A stretch of 64,000 nt of DNA, from the NCBI GenBank assembly GCA_963663275.1, contig OY760183.1:224001-288000 (forward strand), given 5' to 3'. The notes under the pieces are model-generated. The model was not told the origin of the DNA and made no database searches. It saw only the letters and a program-made list of their open reading frames with translations. Each line of letters begins with the position of its first letter. Position 1 is the first letter of the stretch. The translations under genes and the position numbers were made by a program. Below are positions 19,764-29,401 of the stretch, piece after piece. Source of the DNA: Chloroflexota bacterium. Lineage in GTDB: Bacteria > Chloroflexota > UBA11872 > VXOZ01.

Positions 19764-20825
19764 TCACTCTTGCAGCCAGCGGTCAAGGAAGGCGAACGAC
19801 TCAATCCCGTGGATTACGTGCGGGCCATCGAAGACGCCGAGTTCGACCCGCTCCGGTATCCCCAGCCGCGCGTAGATAGCCTGGAGTTGCGCAAACTCCT
19901 CCTTCACGTGCTCCAGCCAGAACACCCGGTCTTCCGTGCCCGCCTCCACGAAGAACGGGCGCGGGCAGATGAGCGCGCCGATGTCGCAATCGGAAAACTC
20001 GTTCAACTGGCCCCAGAAGAACTTATCGTCATCGCCGGTTTGGATGAAGGACGTATAGTGGGGTGACGGCTCGATCATCTTCGGCGCGCGGTTGGTGAAG
20101 TAGCCGGAGCAGACGCAGGCGGCGATGCGCTCGTCGGCGGCCGCGGCCCAGAGGGCCATCATGCCGCCCTGGGAGATGCCCATGTAGCCGATACGGTTGT
20201 TGTCAACCTCCGGCAGGGTCTCCAGGAAGTCCACCACGCGCATCACCTTGCCCACTTCCAAACCCATCAGTTGCCGCGCGATGAGCGACGCCTTGCGGTT
20301 GGTGCGCGAGCGGTCCGGCGTGTTGTTCATCACCAGCGGAGCAAAGACCACGTAGCCTTTTTCGGCCAGGCGCAGGCCGAAGTCGCGCAGATACGCGGTC
20401 TCGTCCAGTTCGTAGTAGCCGCAGGTGGCTTCCGGCGAGCCGGAAAAGCCGTGCTGGGCGATGACGGCCGGTTTCGGGCCGGCGGGTTGCGCGGGCACGA
20501 GCAGCACGCCGTAAGCGTGGACGCCTGCATCGACCGGCAGCCAGACGCGCCGCGCCGCGATGCCCGGGCGCTCCGGCAAGTCCTGCGCACGCGGTTCCGG
20601 CGGCGCGGCGGCGCGCGGCACGCCGCCCATGAGGCGCCAAAACCGTGCCCGGTTCTCCGCCACCGATTGGCGATAGGCCTCGGGCGAACGAAAGTCCCGC
20701 TGCCACGCGCGCTCGCGGGTCTCCGCTGCCGCGTAGACCAGAGCGGCGTAGTAGCGGTCTATTTCGGCTACCTGCTCCTGGCGAATGGCTTCGGCGTCAC
20801 CGGGTGTAACGCCAAGATCGGCCAT
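19764..20825 (-). CDS. Alpha/beta hydrolase (dienelactone hydrolase / acetyl esterase-like)
   Basis: AVIAQHG, GISQGG nucleophile elbow, LICPRPFFVEAG..D, C-terminal GPH. Confidence 0.85.
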   Translation of the reverse strand: MADLGVTPGDAEAIRQEQVAEIDRYYAALVYAAAETRERAWQRDFRSPEAYRQSVAENRARFWRLMGGVPRAAAPPEPRAQDLPERPGIAARRVWLPVDAGVHAYGVLLVPAQPAGPKPAVIAQHGFSGSPEATCGYYELDETAYLRDFGLRLAEKGYVVFAPLVMNNTPDRSRTNRKASLIARQLMGLEVGKVMRVVDFLETLPEVDNNRIGYMGISQGGMMALWAAAADERIAACVCSGYFTNRAPKMIEPSPHYTSFIQTGDDDKFFWGQLNEFSDCDIGALICPRPFFVEAGTEDRVFWLEHVKEEFAQLQAIYARLGIPERVELGVFDGPHVIHGIESFAFLDRWLQE

Positions 20826-20937
20826 GCTCCTTGCCTTTCACGATGCTTTATCCGATGTTTCACCCCTCACCCTAGCCCTCTCCCTGAGGGAGAGGGGACA
20901 GGAGTTGCGATCCTGCACCGAGTCTCTGGCAACGGTT

Positions 20938-21020
20938 CAGTTGACCGGCTGCCTGGTGCGGTTAACCGACCTCCCGGTTTGGTCAACCGACCTGCCTGGT
21001 GCGGTCAACCGGCTGCCTGA
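20938..21020. repeat. Degenerate 21-22-bp tandem repeat x4
   Basis: Units resembling gtcaaccg(g/ac)ctgcctggtgcg, followed by a 28-bp GTAG palindrome at 21028-21055. Confidence 0.7.
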
Positions 21021-21133
21021 AACGCGCGTAGGGGCACGACATGTCGTGCCCCTACGTTGCGCGGGCTTCCCGTGAATGGTGTTCCAAGAACAACAAACAC
21101 CATGCGTCGTGCCCCTACGTATCGCGGGCTTGA

Positions 21134-22507
21134 CTACTGCCTGCTGGCGTTGTACTCATCCAGGATGGCCTGGGCCTCGCCTTGGGCCGTGCGCGTCGCC
21201 TCCTCCGGCGTCAGAGTCGGATTGGCGTTCGTCGCCTCACGGGCGTTCTTCCACAGGGGGCCGGCCAGATCGCCGCCAATGGGATGGAGCAAGAAAGGAA
21301 TGGCGGTTTCCATCGCGCGCAGGTACTCGACGATTCTCTCTCCGGGCGGCAGGTCCAGATTGATGAATGCGTCGCTCTCGGCAATCGACTTGATCGTCGG
21401 CGTGGTATCGCCGTTGCGGGCGGCCGTATCCAGTTGCTCCGGCCCGCAGATCCACGAGGCGAATTCCCAGCCGTGGTCCAGCACCTTGCTACCGTCCACC
21501 AGGGCGATTTCCTCGGTGTAGAGCGCGCCGTTGCGGGTCGGTTCACCTTCGAAATCGATGTACGGGATAGGATGGAGCGTCCAATTGAACTGCGCGTCGG
21601 TGCGGAAACTGGGCACCAGCCAGTTGTAGCCCGCGTAGATGGTGACCTTCTGGTTCTTGAAGTGATCGAAGATCGTCTCTTCCTTGGCATCGTCCCCATA
21701 GGCTTCCACCTGGTGCTTGTGGTACAGGTCTGCCTGCGTCCTGATCAGTTCGGTGCGCACCGGCGCGTCCCAACTCATCGTCTGCCACTCGTTGTTCACG
21801 GAACCCTGATCGCGGCCATAGGAGACGTACCAGGTAGACCAATACCAGAAGCGCGTCGAGACGCCCCACTTGCCGTTGGGGGCATCGGTGAGTTTGGCGC
21901 CAATGTCGATCATGTCCCCGAAGGTCCAGTCGTCGGCCGGCAACTCGATGCCCGCCGCCGCGAGCGAATCGAGGTTAAGGGCCATCACCGGCGTCAGGAT
22001 GCCCAGCGGCAGCGCATGCAACGTGCCGTTCCAGGTGACACCGTCGATGGCGGCTTTGTAATAGTCGTTCAGGTCCAGGCCCGACGCCTTGACATAGGGC
22101 TCCAGCGGCAGGAAGACACCTTCTTCGCCCCAGCGCGCCCAGCCCCAGCCATGCCAGGTAACGTCCAGCAAGCCGCCGCCGGCCGCGGCGTTCGTGCCGA
22201 TGCGGTCGTTCAGCGCCGTATCGAGAATCGTGGAGATGGTTACGTTGGGATTCTTCTCTTCGTAGGCGTTAACCAGGCGTTCGTACCAGCGCTCTTTGGC
22301 CGGCGAATAGGGCGGCCACATGAACTGAATGGTCACCTGCTCGGCTACGGGCGCCTCTTCGGCCTTCTTCTCTTCCGCCGGTTCTGCCGCTTTTTCTTCC
22401 ATGGCCTCGCCCGTCGTCGCTACCTGGCCGCACGCGGCCAGGGTTACGGCGCCGAAAGCGGCGGCGGAACCTGCCAGCATTGCACGTCTGCTCATCTGAG
22501 AACGCAT
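21134..22507 (-). CDS. ABC sugar-type solute-binding lipoprotein (Tat signal)
   Basis: SRRAML twin-arginine, LAACG lipobox, acidic linker, LPLEPY, ALP, DWTF. Confidence 0.9.
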   Translation of the reverse strand: MRSQMSRRAMLAGSAAAFGAVTLAACGQVATTGEAMEEKAAEPAEEKKAEEAPVAEQVTIQFMWPPYSPAKERWYERLVNAYEEKNPNVTISTILDTALNDRIGTNAAAGGGLLDVTWHGWGWARWGEEGVFLPLEPYVKASGLDLNDYYKAAIDGVTWNGTLHALPLGILTPVMALNLDSLAAAGIELPADDWTFGDMIDIGAKLTDAPNGKWGVSTRFWYWSTWYVSYGRDQGSVNNEWQTMSWDAPVRTELIRTQADLYHKHQVEAYGDDAKEETIFDHFKNQKVTIYAGYNWLVPSFRTDAQFNWTLHPIPYIDFEGEPTRNGALYTEEIALVDGSKVLDHGWEFASWICGPEQLDTAARNGDTTPTIKSIAESDAFINLDLPPGERIVEYLRAMETAIPFLLHPIGGDLAGPLWKNAREATNANPTLTPEEATRTAQGEAQAILDEYNASRQ

Positions 22508-22812
22508 GATTCCCTCTCCTTATGCGGCGCAGTCTTCCACGGCGCCGCCTTCCTAGAGATACTTCCCCGTGCTTAGACCCGGCTTTGGCAACCCGACGTT
22601 GCCGCTTGTGCGCGCGCACACCTCCCTTTCCCCATGCGGCGTATTCCTGGCAATCATCCTACCTGATGCGCAACGTATTGGCAATAGTATGTACGGAAAT
22701 CTACCGGCAGACCCGTGCGCAACCTCGATTGGCACGGGTTGAAACTCCCTCTCCCTGGGGAGAGGGCCGGGGTGAGGGGAAACCATCGAGGCAGCGCCAC
22801 GTTGACCGCGTA

Positions 22813-24315
22813 CTAGGCGAACATCTCCGCCAGGTTTGCCGCCGCGATGCGCGCCTCGTCCCAGGGCAAGGACTCATCGCCCCAGATGATCGAATGCTCG
22901 TGGCCCTTGCCGGCCAGCAGCACGGTATCGCCCGGCCGGGCCTGCTTGAACGCGGCGCGGAACGCCTGCGTCCGGTTCACGCTCACGCTGTAGTCCCGGC
23001 CGTAGACGCAGCCGGCCTGGAGCGCGCCCGCCTCGATTTCGCGGCAGATGGCGTCCGGGTCTTCGCTGCGGGGGTCCTCGCTGGTGATGACGAAGTAGTC
23101 GGCGTGCCGCGCCGCGACCGCGCCCATGAGCGCCCGTTTCTCCACGTCGCGCTCGCCGGCGCTGCCAAAGACGACCACGAGCCGCCCCGGCGTCACGCCG
23201 CGCAGGGCGTCCAGCACCAGGCGCAGGCTGTTGGGCGTGTGTGCGTAGTCCACGATTACCGCGAACGGCTGGCCGGCGCTGATCACCTGCATGCGGCCGG
23301 GCACGCCGGGGAAGGTACCGATTGCCGAAGCAGCCGCGTCGAGCGGCACGCCCAGCCCGGTGACGACGGCCAGCGCCGCCAGGGTATTCGCCGCGTTGAA
23401 ACGGCAGACCAGCGGCGAGCGCACGGACGCTTGGCCTTCCGGCGTTGTCACGGTGAACGCGGTGCGGTCCGCGCCCAGCGCCAGATCCGTTGCGCGCACG
23501 TCCGCATCTTCAGCAAAGCCAAACGTCCGGAGGCCGGGCGGCATCAGTCCGGCGAAGTACGCGAAGTTTTCATCGTCGGCGTTGAGCACGCTCACCCGGG
23601 GAAACGGCTTGCTTTGGTCCCGCGCCCGCACCCGCTGGAAGAGCAGACCCTTCGCCTCGCGGTATGCTGCGAACGTCTTGTGAAAATCCAGGTGCTCGTG
23701 GGTGAGGTTCGTCAGCACGGCGGCGTCGATCTGCGCCGCGTCCAGCTTGTGGAGCGCCAAACCGTGGGAACTGGCCTCCACCACCGCGTGCGTGCCGCCC
23801 CGCGCCCGTATATCCCGCAACATGCGCTGCAAATCCGAGGCGTGCTGGGTGGTGAGGCGCGTCTCGTTGGGCGTCTCCCGCCGGCTGTCGTGGAAAGCCA
23901 CCGTGGTGATCACGCCGGTGGGATGCCCGCATTCGCGCAGGATATGACCGATGAGCGTGGACGTGGTGCTCTTGCCGTCGGTGCCGGTGACGCCGATGAC
24001 GCAAAGTTCCTGTGAAGGGTCGCCGTAGAACGCCGCCGCCACTTGCCCGATTGCCGTCCACGTATCCGGCACAAGCGCCTGCGTGACGCGCTCCGGCAGT
24101 TCCAGAGGCCGCGCAACGAGGACGGCGGTAGCGCCGTTCTCCACCGCGGCCGCGGCAAAGTCGTGCCCGTCGCGGTGCAAGCCTTTCAACGCTATGAAAA
24201 GCGCCCCGGCCCGCGCCTCACGCGAGTCGTAGCAAAGCTGCGCTATGGGAACATCCACCGCGCCGGTGAGCACCTGCGCTTCCGGCACGGCGGCGAGGAG
24301 TTCAGAGAGTTGCAT
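22813..24315 (-). CDS. murE: UDP-N-acetylmuramoyl-L-alanyl-D-glutamate:amino acid ligase
   Basis: DSR, GVTGTDGKST, EASSHGL, TNLTHEHLDFH, DYAHTP, LLAGKGHE. Confidence 0.95.
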   Translation of the reverse strand: MQLSELLAAVPEAQVLTGAVDVPIAQLCYDSREARAGALFIALKGLHRDGHDFAAAAVENGATAVLVARPLELPERVTQALVPDTWTAIGQVAAAFYGDPSQELCVIGVTGTDGKSTTSTLIGHILRECGHPTGVITTVAFHDSRRETPNETRLTTQHASDLQRMLRDIRARGGTHAVVEASSHGLALHKLDAAQIDAAVLTNLTHEHLDFHKTFAAYREAKGLLFQRVRARDQSKPFPRVSVLNADDENFAYFAGLMPPGLRTFGFAEDADVRATDLALGADRTAFTVTTPEGQASVRSPLVCRFNAANTLAALAVVTGLGVPLDAAASAIGTFPGVPGRMQVISAGQPFAVIVDYAHTPNSLRLVLDALRGVTPGRLVVVFGSAGERDVEKRALMGAVAARHADYFVITSEDPRSEDPDAICREIEAGALQAGCVYGRDYSVSVNRTQAFRAAFKQARPGDTVLLAGKGHEHSIIWGDESLPWDEARIAAANLAEMFA

Positions 24316-24529
24316 GGCTCACTATCTGCTCCTGACGCATTAGCTCTTGCGCTTCGACAGGCTCAGCGCGAACGGTTTGTCAGTTTCAAGAATCATCGCT
24401 ATTGCCTAACTTCCATCAATTGTAGCGCAGCGGCGAAAGAGTACAGTTTTTGGAAATTCTGCACGTCCGGCGCAGAATTGAGTTGCAGTTACATGGTAAG
24501 GCTCGGTAGGAGTCTCGGCTGAAGTGCCT

Positions 24530-25075
24530 TTAGCTCTCCATCGGAAAGGGCCTACAGGTGCGCCGCAATCTGAGCGGATGCGCCGGTTCGCCTGCTTTTG
24601 TAATGCCAAGAGCGTGGAGCGGTCGCGGGAAGGCTTGGCGGAATGCCTGGGCGCGCCCTTGCCACGCGCCGTGCACGCCCCACGCCGCGATCACCAACTC
24701 CGCTTCCTCTGCCAGTTCGCGCAGCGCGCTGTCGTTGTCCCGGCCAATCGGGTCGACCACCGACCGTAACACCTCAGGATACGGTGTGCGCCACGCAAAC
24801 AGATTGCCCACGCGCACGCCGCCGTAGCCCCAGTCGCGGGCGAAGCCGATGCAGCGCCGGATGGTGGGGTCGTTCCGGGTCGCGTCCGCCGTGGAGGGGT
24901 TGAGCATGATGAACATGACCAGCGGGGCGTCAGCGTCCCACGTCCGCCAGAGCGTGTAGCGATAGCGGCCGCACGGGGAAAACTCAGCGCCGCTCCCCAT
25001 GGGCGCCATTCCACGTGCGCTGTTCACCGCGCCTGCCCCATTGCGCATACGCCCGGCAAGAGCTGAGGAATCCAT
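24530..25075 (-). CDS. DUF1643 domain protein
   Basis: FSPCGRYRYTLWR.W, FIMLNPSTAD...DPTIRRC, NLFA.R, AAWG, HPL; the true start may be ~25009. Confidence 0.88.
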   Translation of the reverse strand: MDSSALAGRMRNGAGAVNSARGMAPMGSGAEFSPCGRYRYTLWRTWDADAPLVMFIMLNPSTADATRNDPTIRRCIGFARDWGYGGVRVGNLFAWRTPYPEVLRSVVDPIGRDNDSALRELAEEAELVIAAWGVHGAWQGRAQAFRQAFPRPLHALGITKAGEPAHPLRLRRTCRPFPMES

Positions 25076-25222
25076 TTCTCATGCATCCATCGGCTTCACG
25101 ATAGGCAAACTCTGGCCGCCAGGACCGTTCAGTGTGATGATAGCACTGCGTTCAGCGGGAACTGAAGAGTTCGACCAATTCGTTGGCAGAATCCCGCTCT
25201 TCTCAAGAGTGTTGACCGTTCA

Positions 25223-25326
25223 CGTCATTCCGAGCGCGGCGAGGAGTCCAGGAGCCATGCCGCGCGCGGGCTGATAGGCCCAGCGCCTTAGATTCCTCAC
25301 TGCGCTGCGCTCCGTTCGGAATGACA
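25223..25326. repeat. Free REP doublet (GTCATTCCGAGCG...GGAATGAC) without MITE termini
   Basis: Inverted arms matching the cargo of family A MITEs. Confidence 0.75.
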
Positions 25327-25456
25327 TGCATACACGCCATGGATAGTTTCGTTTTTCCATTCTCTCTGTACGGAATTCTCTTTGTACAGAATCCGTAAAC
25401 GGACTTTCTGGCGATCACACGCCGGATTTCCGCTTGCGGCGGCATGGCGGCAGCAG

Positions 25457-25584
25457 GCGCAGGTTGCAAACCTACGCTACCCCGAGCACGGCCGGCAGCC
25501 GGGGAGGACGCAGGTTGTAAACCCGCGCTACCCGGGAGGCGGCCGGCAGCCGGGCAGACGCAGGTTGCAAACCTGCGCTACCGG
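25457..25584. repeat. Three tandem ~51-bp units with REP CGCAGGTTGCAAACCTGCGCTAC
   Basis: Hairpin ending CTAC (GTAG on the minus strand); related copies at ~3208, 13579 and 37371-37418. Confidence 0.8.
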
Positions 25585-25742
25585 AGCGAAACCGCCTACG
25601 GCATCTACTCTGCATAGCAATTGCGGGTCGACCTGGCGCGCTGCCGGCGGCGCTGGTTTGGCCGGCGCGAAGGCGGTACCATACGGCGTAGCCGACCGTT
25701 CGTGCGTCGCCGGCCCCAGCAACACGCAGGAGCACCCACGCC

Positions 25743-26882
25743 ATGAAGATTACCGCCGTCCGCGCGCTGCCCATCGACCGCTATCTCTTCGTGCAGATCG
25801 AGACCGACGCCGGCATCACCGGCCTGGGCGAATCCGGCACGTGGGGACACCTGGAAGCCTCCCAAGCCGCCTTGGGGAAGTTCGCGGACCACCTGATCGG
25901 CCAGGACCCCGCCCGCATCGAGCACCATTGGAACGTCATGTACCGCACGGCGCACTTTCGCGGCGCGGCCATCATGGGCGCGCTTTCCGCCATCGACATC
26001 GCGCTGTGGGACATCAAGGGCAAGGCCCACGGCGTGCCGGTCTACGACCTGCTGGGCGGCGCGTGCCGCGACCGGGCGCGGGTCTACTACCACGTCTACG
26101 GGCGCACCATCGCCGAGCAGGTGCAGGGCTGCGTGGAAGCGCGCGAGCGGGGCTTCAGCGCCGTTGGGCATCTCAACCCGCTGCTGGACGAGGGTCGGGA
26201 CGTGCCCTTCTTCAAGACCCACGCCGCCAGAATCGCCGAGGCCGCCGACAACGTGCGGCAGTACCGGGAAGCCGTCGGTACGGACGTTGACCTCTGCATC
26301 GAGATCCACCGGCAGTTGACACCCGCGGAAGCCGTGGTGCTGGCGCGCGCCATCGAACCCTTCCTTCCCTTCTTCTACGAGGATCCCACCTTGCCCGACA
26401 ACTTCGACGCCATGGCGCAGATCGCCGACAAGATCGCCATTCCGATTGCCACCGGCGAGCGGCTGCACACGCTGCACGAGTTCCAGATGCTGCTCACCCG
26501 CGCGGCGGTGCAGTACGTGCGGCCGGACGTCTGCCTGGTGGGCGGCATTTCGGGAACCAAGAAGATCGCGGCGCTGGCCGAGGCGCACTACGTGGGCGTG
26601 GTGCCGCACAATCCGCTCTCGCCGGTCAGCACCGCCGCCTGCCTGCAAGTGGCCGCCTGCATCCCCAACTTCGCCATCCAGGAGTACCCCATCGGCGAAG
26701 ACCGGCCGCCAAAGAGCGAAATCGTGCAAACGCCCGTGCGCTGCGAACAGGGCTTCCTGCTCATCCCGGACGCGCCGGGCATCGGCATCGAGCTAATGCC
26801 CGACGCCGCCGAAAAGCATCCGCCCGTGCCGCGCCCCACCGGCGCCCGCCTGCACGTGGACGGCAGCGTGGTGGATCAGTAG
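25743..26882 (+). CDS. Mandelate racemase/muconate lactonizing family enzyme, galactonate dehydratase-like
   Basis: MKIT, GLGE, SAIDIALWDIKGK, EIH, FYEDP, ATGERL, PHNP. Confidence 0.9.
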   Translation: MKITAVRALPIDRYLFVQIETDAGITGLGESGTWGHLEASQAALGKFADHLIGQDPARIEHHWNVMYRTAHFRGAAIMGALSAIDIALWDIKGKAHGVPVYDLLGGACRDRARVYYHVYGRTIAEQVQGCVEARERGFSAVGHLNPLLDEGRDVPFFKTHAARIAEAADNVRQYREAVGTDVDLCIEIHRQLTPAEAVVLARAIEPFLPFFYEDPTLPDNFDAMAQIADKIAIPIATGERLHTLHEFQMLLTRAAVQYVRPDVCLVGGISGTKKIAALAEAHYVGVVPHNPLSPVSTAACLQVAACIPNFAIQEYPIGEDRPPKSEIVQTPVRCEQGFLLIPDAPGIGIELMPDAAEKHPPVPRPTGARLHVDGSVVDQ

Positions 26883-26969
26883 GCGCCCCGTGCCCTTGCG
26901 CGTGGCCGGGGCGAGCGCGGCCAACCTGGCGCGGCGCGATCGTTGCCAAGCAAAGCGCCGCGCCCTGCG

Positions 26970-27291
26970 GAGAACTTTGCATTACCCCTTCCCAATTGAA
27001 GGCTTACAGGGGTAAGCAATCTTGAATGGGCCAATCGTGTCATTCCGAACAGAGCGCAGCGGAGAGAGGAATCTAGAGCGGGGAACCGCAAGTCCAGCAA
27101 TTCTAGATTCCTCGCTCCGCTCGGAATGACAGTCTGACACAACATACAAATGACATTTGCATACCCCTGTCAGCCCATTGAGGGGGAAGGTTGAAGTGGG
27201 GGTGAAATAGCTTGACTTCATGCTATCTTTAGTTGCAAAAGCACCCTGGATTCCGGCGAAAGCCGGAATGACGGAATTACGCAAAGGTCCC
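26970..27291. mobile_element. GAGACC-type MITE (family B) with nested CTGAC MITE
   Basis: TIR gagaactttgcatta / ttacgcaaaggtccc; flanks ctgcg vs ctacg. Confidence 0.7.
27003..27173. mobile_element. CTGAC MITE (family A), copy 3
   Basis: TIR cttacaggggtaagcaa / ttgcatacccctgtcag; flanks ccaattgaagg vs cccattgaggg. Confidence 0.8.
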
Positions 27292-27657
27292 CTACGGTCT
27301 CTTCCGCTCGCGCGGCGCTCTTGTTTGGCGCTCTATGCGGTCTCGCTTCTGACGGCCCTTAGCGCCTGCGGGACGGAGAATGGTGTTGTGATCGAGGTCC
27401 GCGTCCGCAATGTCTCGACGCTCGACTTCACCGGCGTCAGCGTCGCGGGCCAGCCTTATGGCGACGTCCCGGCCGGCGAGACCGGCGCGTATAAAGAGGT
27501 CAGGTTGCGCTTTAGGTTCGCGGCCCTGGAGTTCAAGGCCGGCGGACACCGGGTCACCGGACAGACCCTGAACCTGGGCGCGGAACGGTTCACGTACGCA
27601 ATCGACGTGGTCGACCTCGAAGCGGGGCATCTGGCCATCGAGGTCATCGCCGAGTGA
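27268..27657 (+). CDS. Putative lipoprotein with a beta-rich domain; start codon lies inside a MITE
   Basis: LLTALSAC lipobox, then VRVRNVS...YGDVPAGETGAY; GC-type codon usage. Confidence 0.6.
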   Translation: MTELRKGPLRSLPLARRSCLALYAVSLLTALSACGTENGVVIEVRVRNVSTLDFTGVSVAGQPYGDVPAGETGAYKEVRLRFRFAALEFKAGGHRVTGQTLNLGAERFTYAIDVVDLEAGHLAIEVIAE

Positions 27658-27713
27658 GCGCCGCCGGATAGACGCCGCGCATGCGCGGCAACGTCCGGTT
27701 CGGGCCTCAGACG

Positions 27714-27767
27714 CGGTTTTACAGGTGTAGGGGCACGACATGTCGTGCCCCTACACCTGTAAAACCG
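27714..27767. repeat. 54-bp perfect palindrome centred on the REP GTAGGGGCACGACATGTCGTGCCCCTAC
   Basis: cggttttacaggt-core-acctgtaaaaccg; the core also occurs at 21028, 32838 and 51526. Confidence 0.9.
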
Positions 27768-27856
27768 TACCCCAACATCTCTACCGGCCAGTCGTGCCCC
27801 TACCACCTGTGCCGTCGTACCCCAACCTCTTTACCGCCACAACCCTGGCGGCGCGC

Positions 27857-29314
27857 CTATTCCGGCGGTTCCCAGCGCAGGTTGGGTCGCCGCGCGGCGG
27901 TGGTCTCGTCCAGGCGGCGCACCGGCGCGGAGACTGGCGCGTCTTTCAGCTTCTCCGGCGCGGTCTGGGCTTCCTCGGCTATCGCCAGCAGCGCGTCCAC
28001 AAAGGCATCCAGGGTGTCCTTGTTCTCGGTCTCCGTCGGCTCGATCATCAGGGCTTCCGGCACGATCAGCGGGAAGTAGACCGTGGACGGGTGAAAGCCG
28101 TAGTCGATCATGCGCTTGGCCACGTCCAGCGTGCGCACGCCCTCGGCCTTTTCCTTCAGGCCCGCAAAGACCACCTCGTGCATGCAGGTACGGTCGTAGC
28201 GCAGGGCGTAGGCCTCGCGCAGGCGTTCTTTCAGGTAGTTGGCGTTCAGCACGGCGTAATCGCCAGCGCGCTCCACGCCCTCGGCCCCGAGCGTGCGGAT
28301 GTAGGTATAGGCGCGCACCTGGTTGAGGAAGTTGCCGTAGAACGAGTGGATGCGCCCGATGCTGTCCGGACGGTCGTAGTCCCAGGCGTACGCGCCGTCT
28401 TCCTCTTTCACCAGCGGCACCGGCAGGTAGGGTTCCAGGGTCTCGTTCACGCAGGTCGCGCCCGCGCCGGGTCCGCCGCCGCCGTGGGGCGTGGTGAACG
28501 TCTTGTGCAGGTTGAGGTGGAGCACGTCCAGGCCCAGCGCGGCGGGCTGCACCGTGCCCAGCAGCGCGTTCATATTCGCGCCGTCGCAGTAGACCAGCGC
28601 GCCCACGTCGTGCGCCATGCGGCAGATCTCCACGATGTCCTGCTCGAAGAGGCCCAGCGTGTTCGGCACCGTGAGCATCAAACCGGCCACGTCCTCGTCC
28701 AGCAGCCCGGCCAGCGCCTCCATGTCCACCGTGCCGCGCCCACTGGAAGGCACCTCGATGGACGTATAGCCGCACATGGCGGCGGTGGCCGGATTGGTGC
28801 CGTGGGCGGAATCGGGAATGATCATCTTGCGGCGCGGGTTGCCCTGCTTCACGTGGTGCGCGCGCATCATCAGCACGCCGCAGAGTTCGCCGTGCGCGCC
28901 CGCCGCCGGTTGCAGCGAGCAGTTGGCGTAGCCCGTTATTTCCTTGAGCAATCCGGTGAGACCGTGTATGAGCGCCAGCGCGCCCTGGATCGTGCTCTCC
29001 GGCTGGTGGGGATGGATGAACGAAAAACCCGGCAGGCCGGCGGTGGCGTCGTTCACCTTGGGGTTGTACTTCATGGTGCACGAGCCCAGCGGGTAGAAGC
29101 CGTGCTCGATGCTGTAGTTGCGCTGGGAAAGGCGGGTGAAGTGGCGCACCACGTCCAGTTCGGACGCTTCCGGCAAGGGCAGCGCATCGCGCCGCCAGTG
29201 CGCGGGCACGGCCTCTTCACCGGCTACATCAGGCACGTCGCTCTCCGGCAACGAAAAGCCGTGGCGGCCGGGCGAACTGCGCTCGAAGATGAGAGGTTCT
29301 GCGTTTTGCATCAT
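27857..29314 (-). CDS. gcvPB: Glycine dehydrogenase (decarboxylating) subunit 2
   Basis: YPLGSCTMKYNP, QPAAGAHGE, HLNLHKTFTTPHGGGGPG, MIEPTETE. Confidence 0.97.
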   Translation of the reverse strand: MMQNAEPLIFERSSPGRHGFSLPESDVPDVAGEEAVPAHWRRDALPLPEASELDVVRHFTRLSQRNYSIEHGFYPLGSCTMKYNPKVNDATAGLPGFSFIHPHQPESTIQGALALIHGLTGLLKEITGYANCSLQPAAGAHGELCGVLMMRAHHVKQGNPRRKMIIPDSAHGTNPATAAMCGYTSIEVPSSGRGTVDMEALAGLLDEDVAGLMLTVPNTLGLFEQDIVEICRMAHDVGALVYCDGANMNALLGTVQPAALGLDVLHLNLHKTFTTPHGGGGPGAGATCVNETLEPYLPVPLVKEEDGAYAWDYDRPDSIGRIHSFYGNFLNQVRAYTYIRTLGAEGVERAGDYAVLNANYLKERLREAYALRYDRTCMHEVVFAGLKEKAEGVRTLDVAKRMIDYGFHPSTVYFPLIVPEALMIEPTETENKDTLDAFVDALLAIAEEAQTAPEKLKDAPVSAPVRRLDETTAARRPNLRWEPPE

Positions 29315-29401
29315 TGCCTATCCTGGTTGTGTGGGAGCGTCATTGCTATAGCCATGGTTGCCGCTAGGCCGCTTGCCGTTTAGAAGCGCGGCCGCGGCCT
29401 T

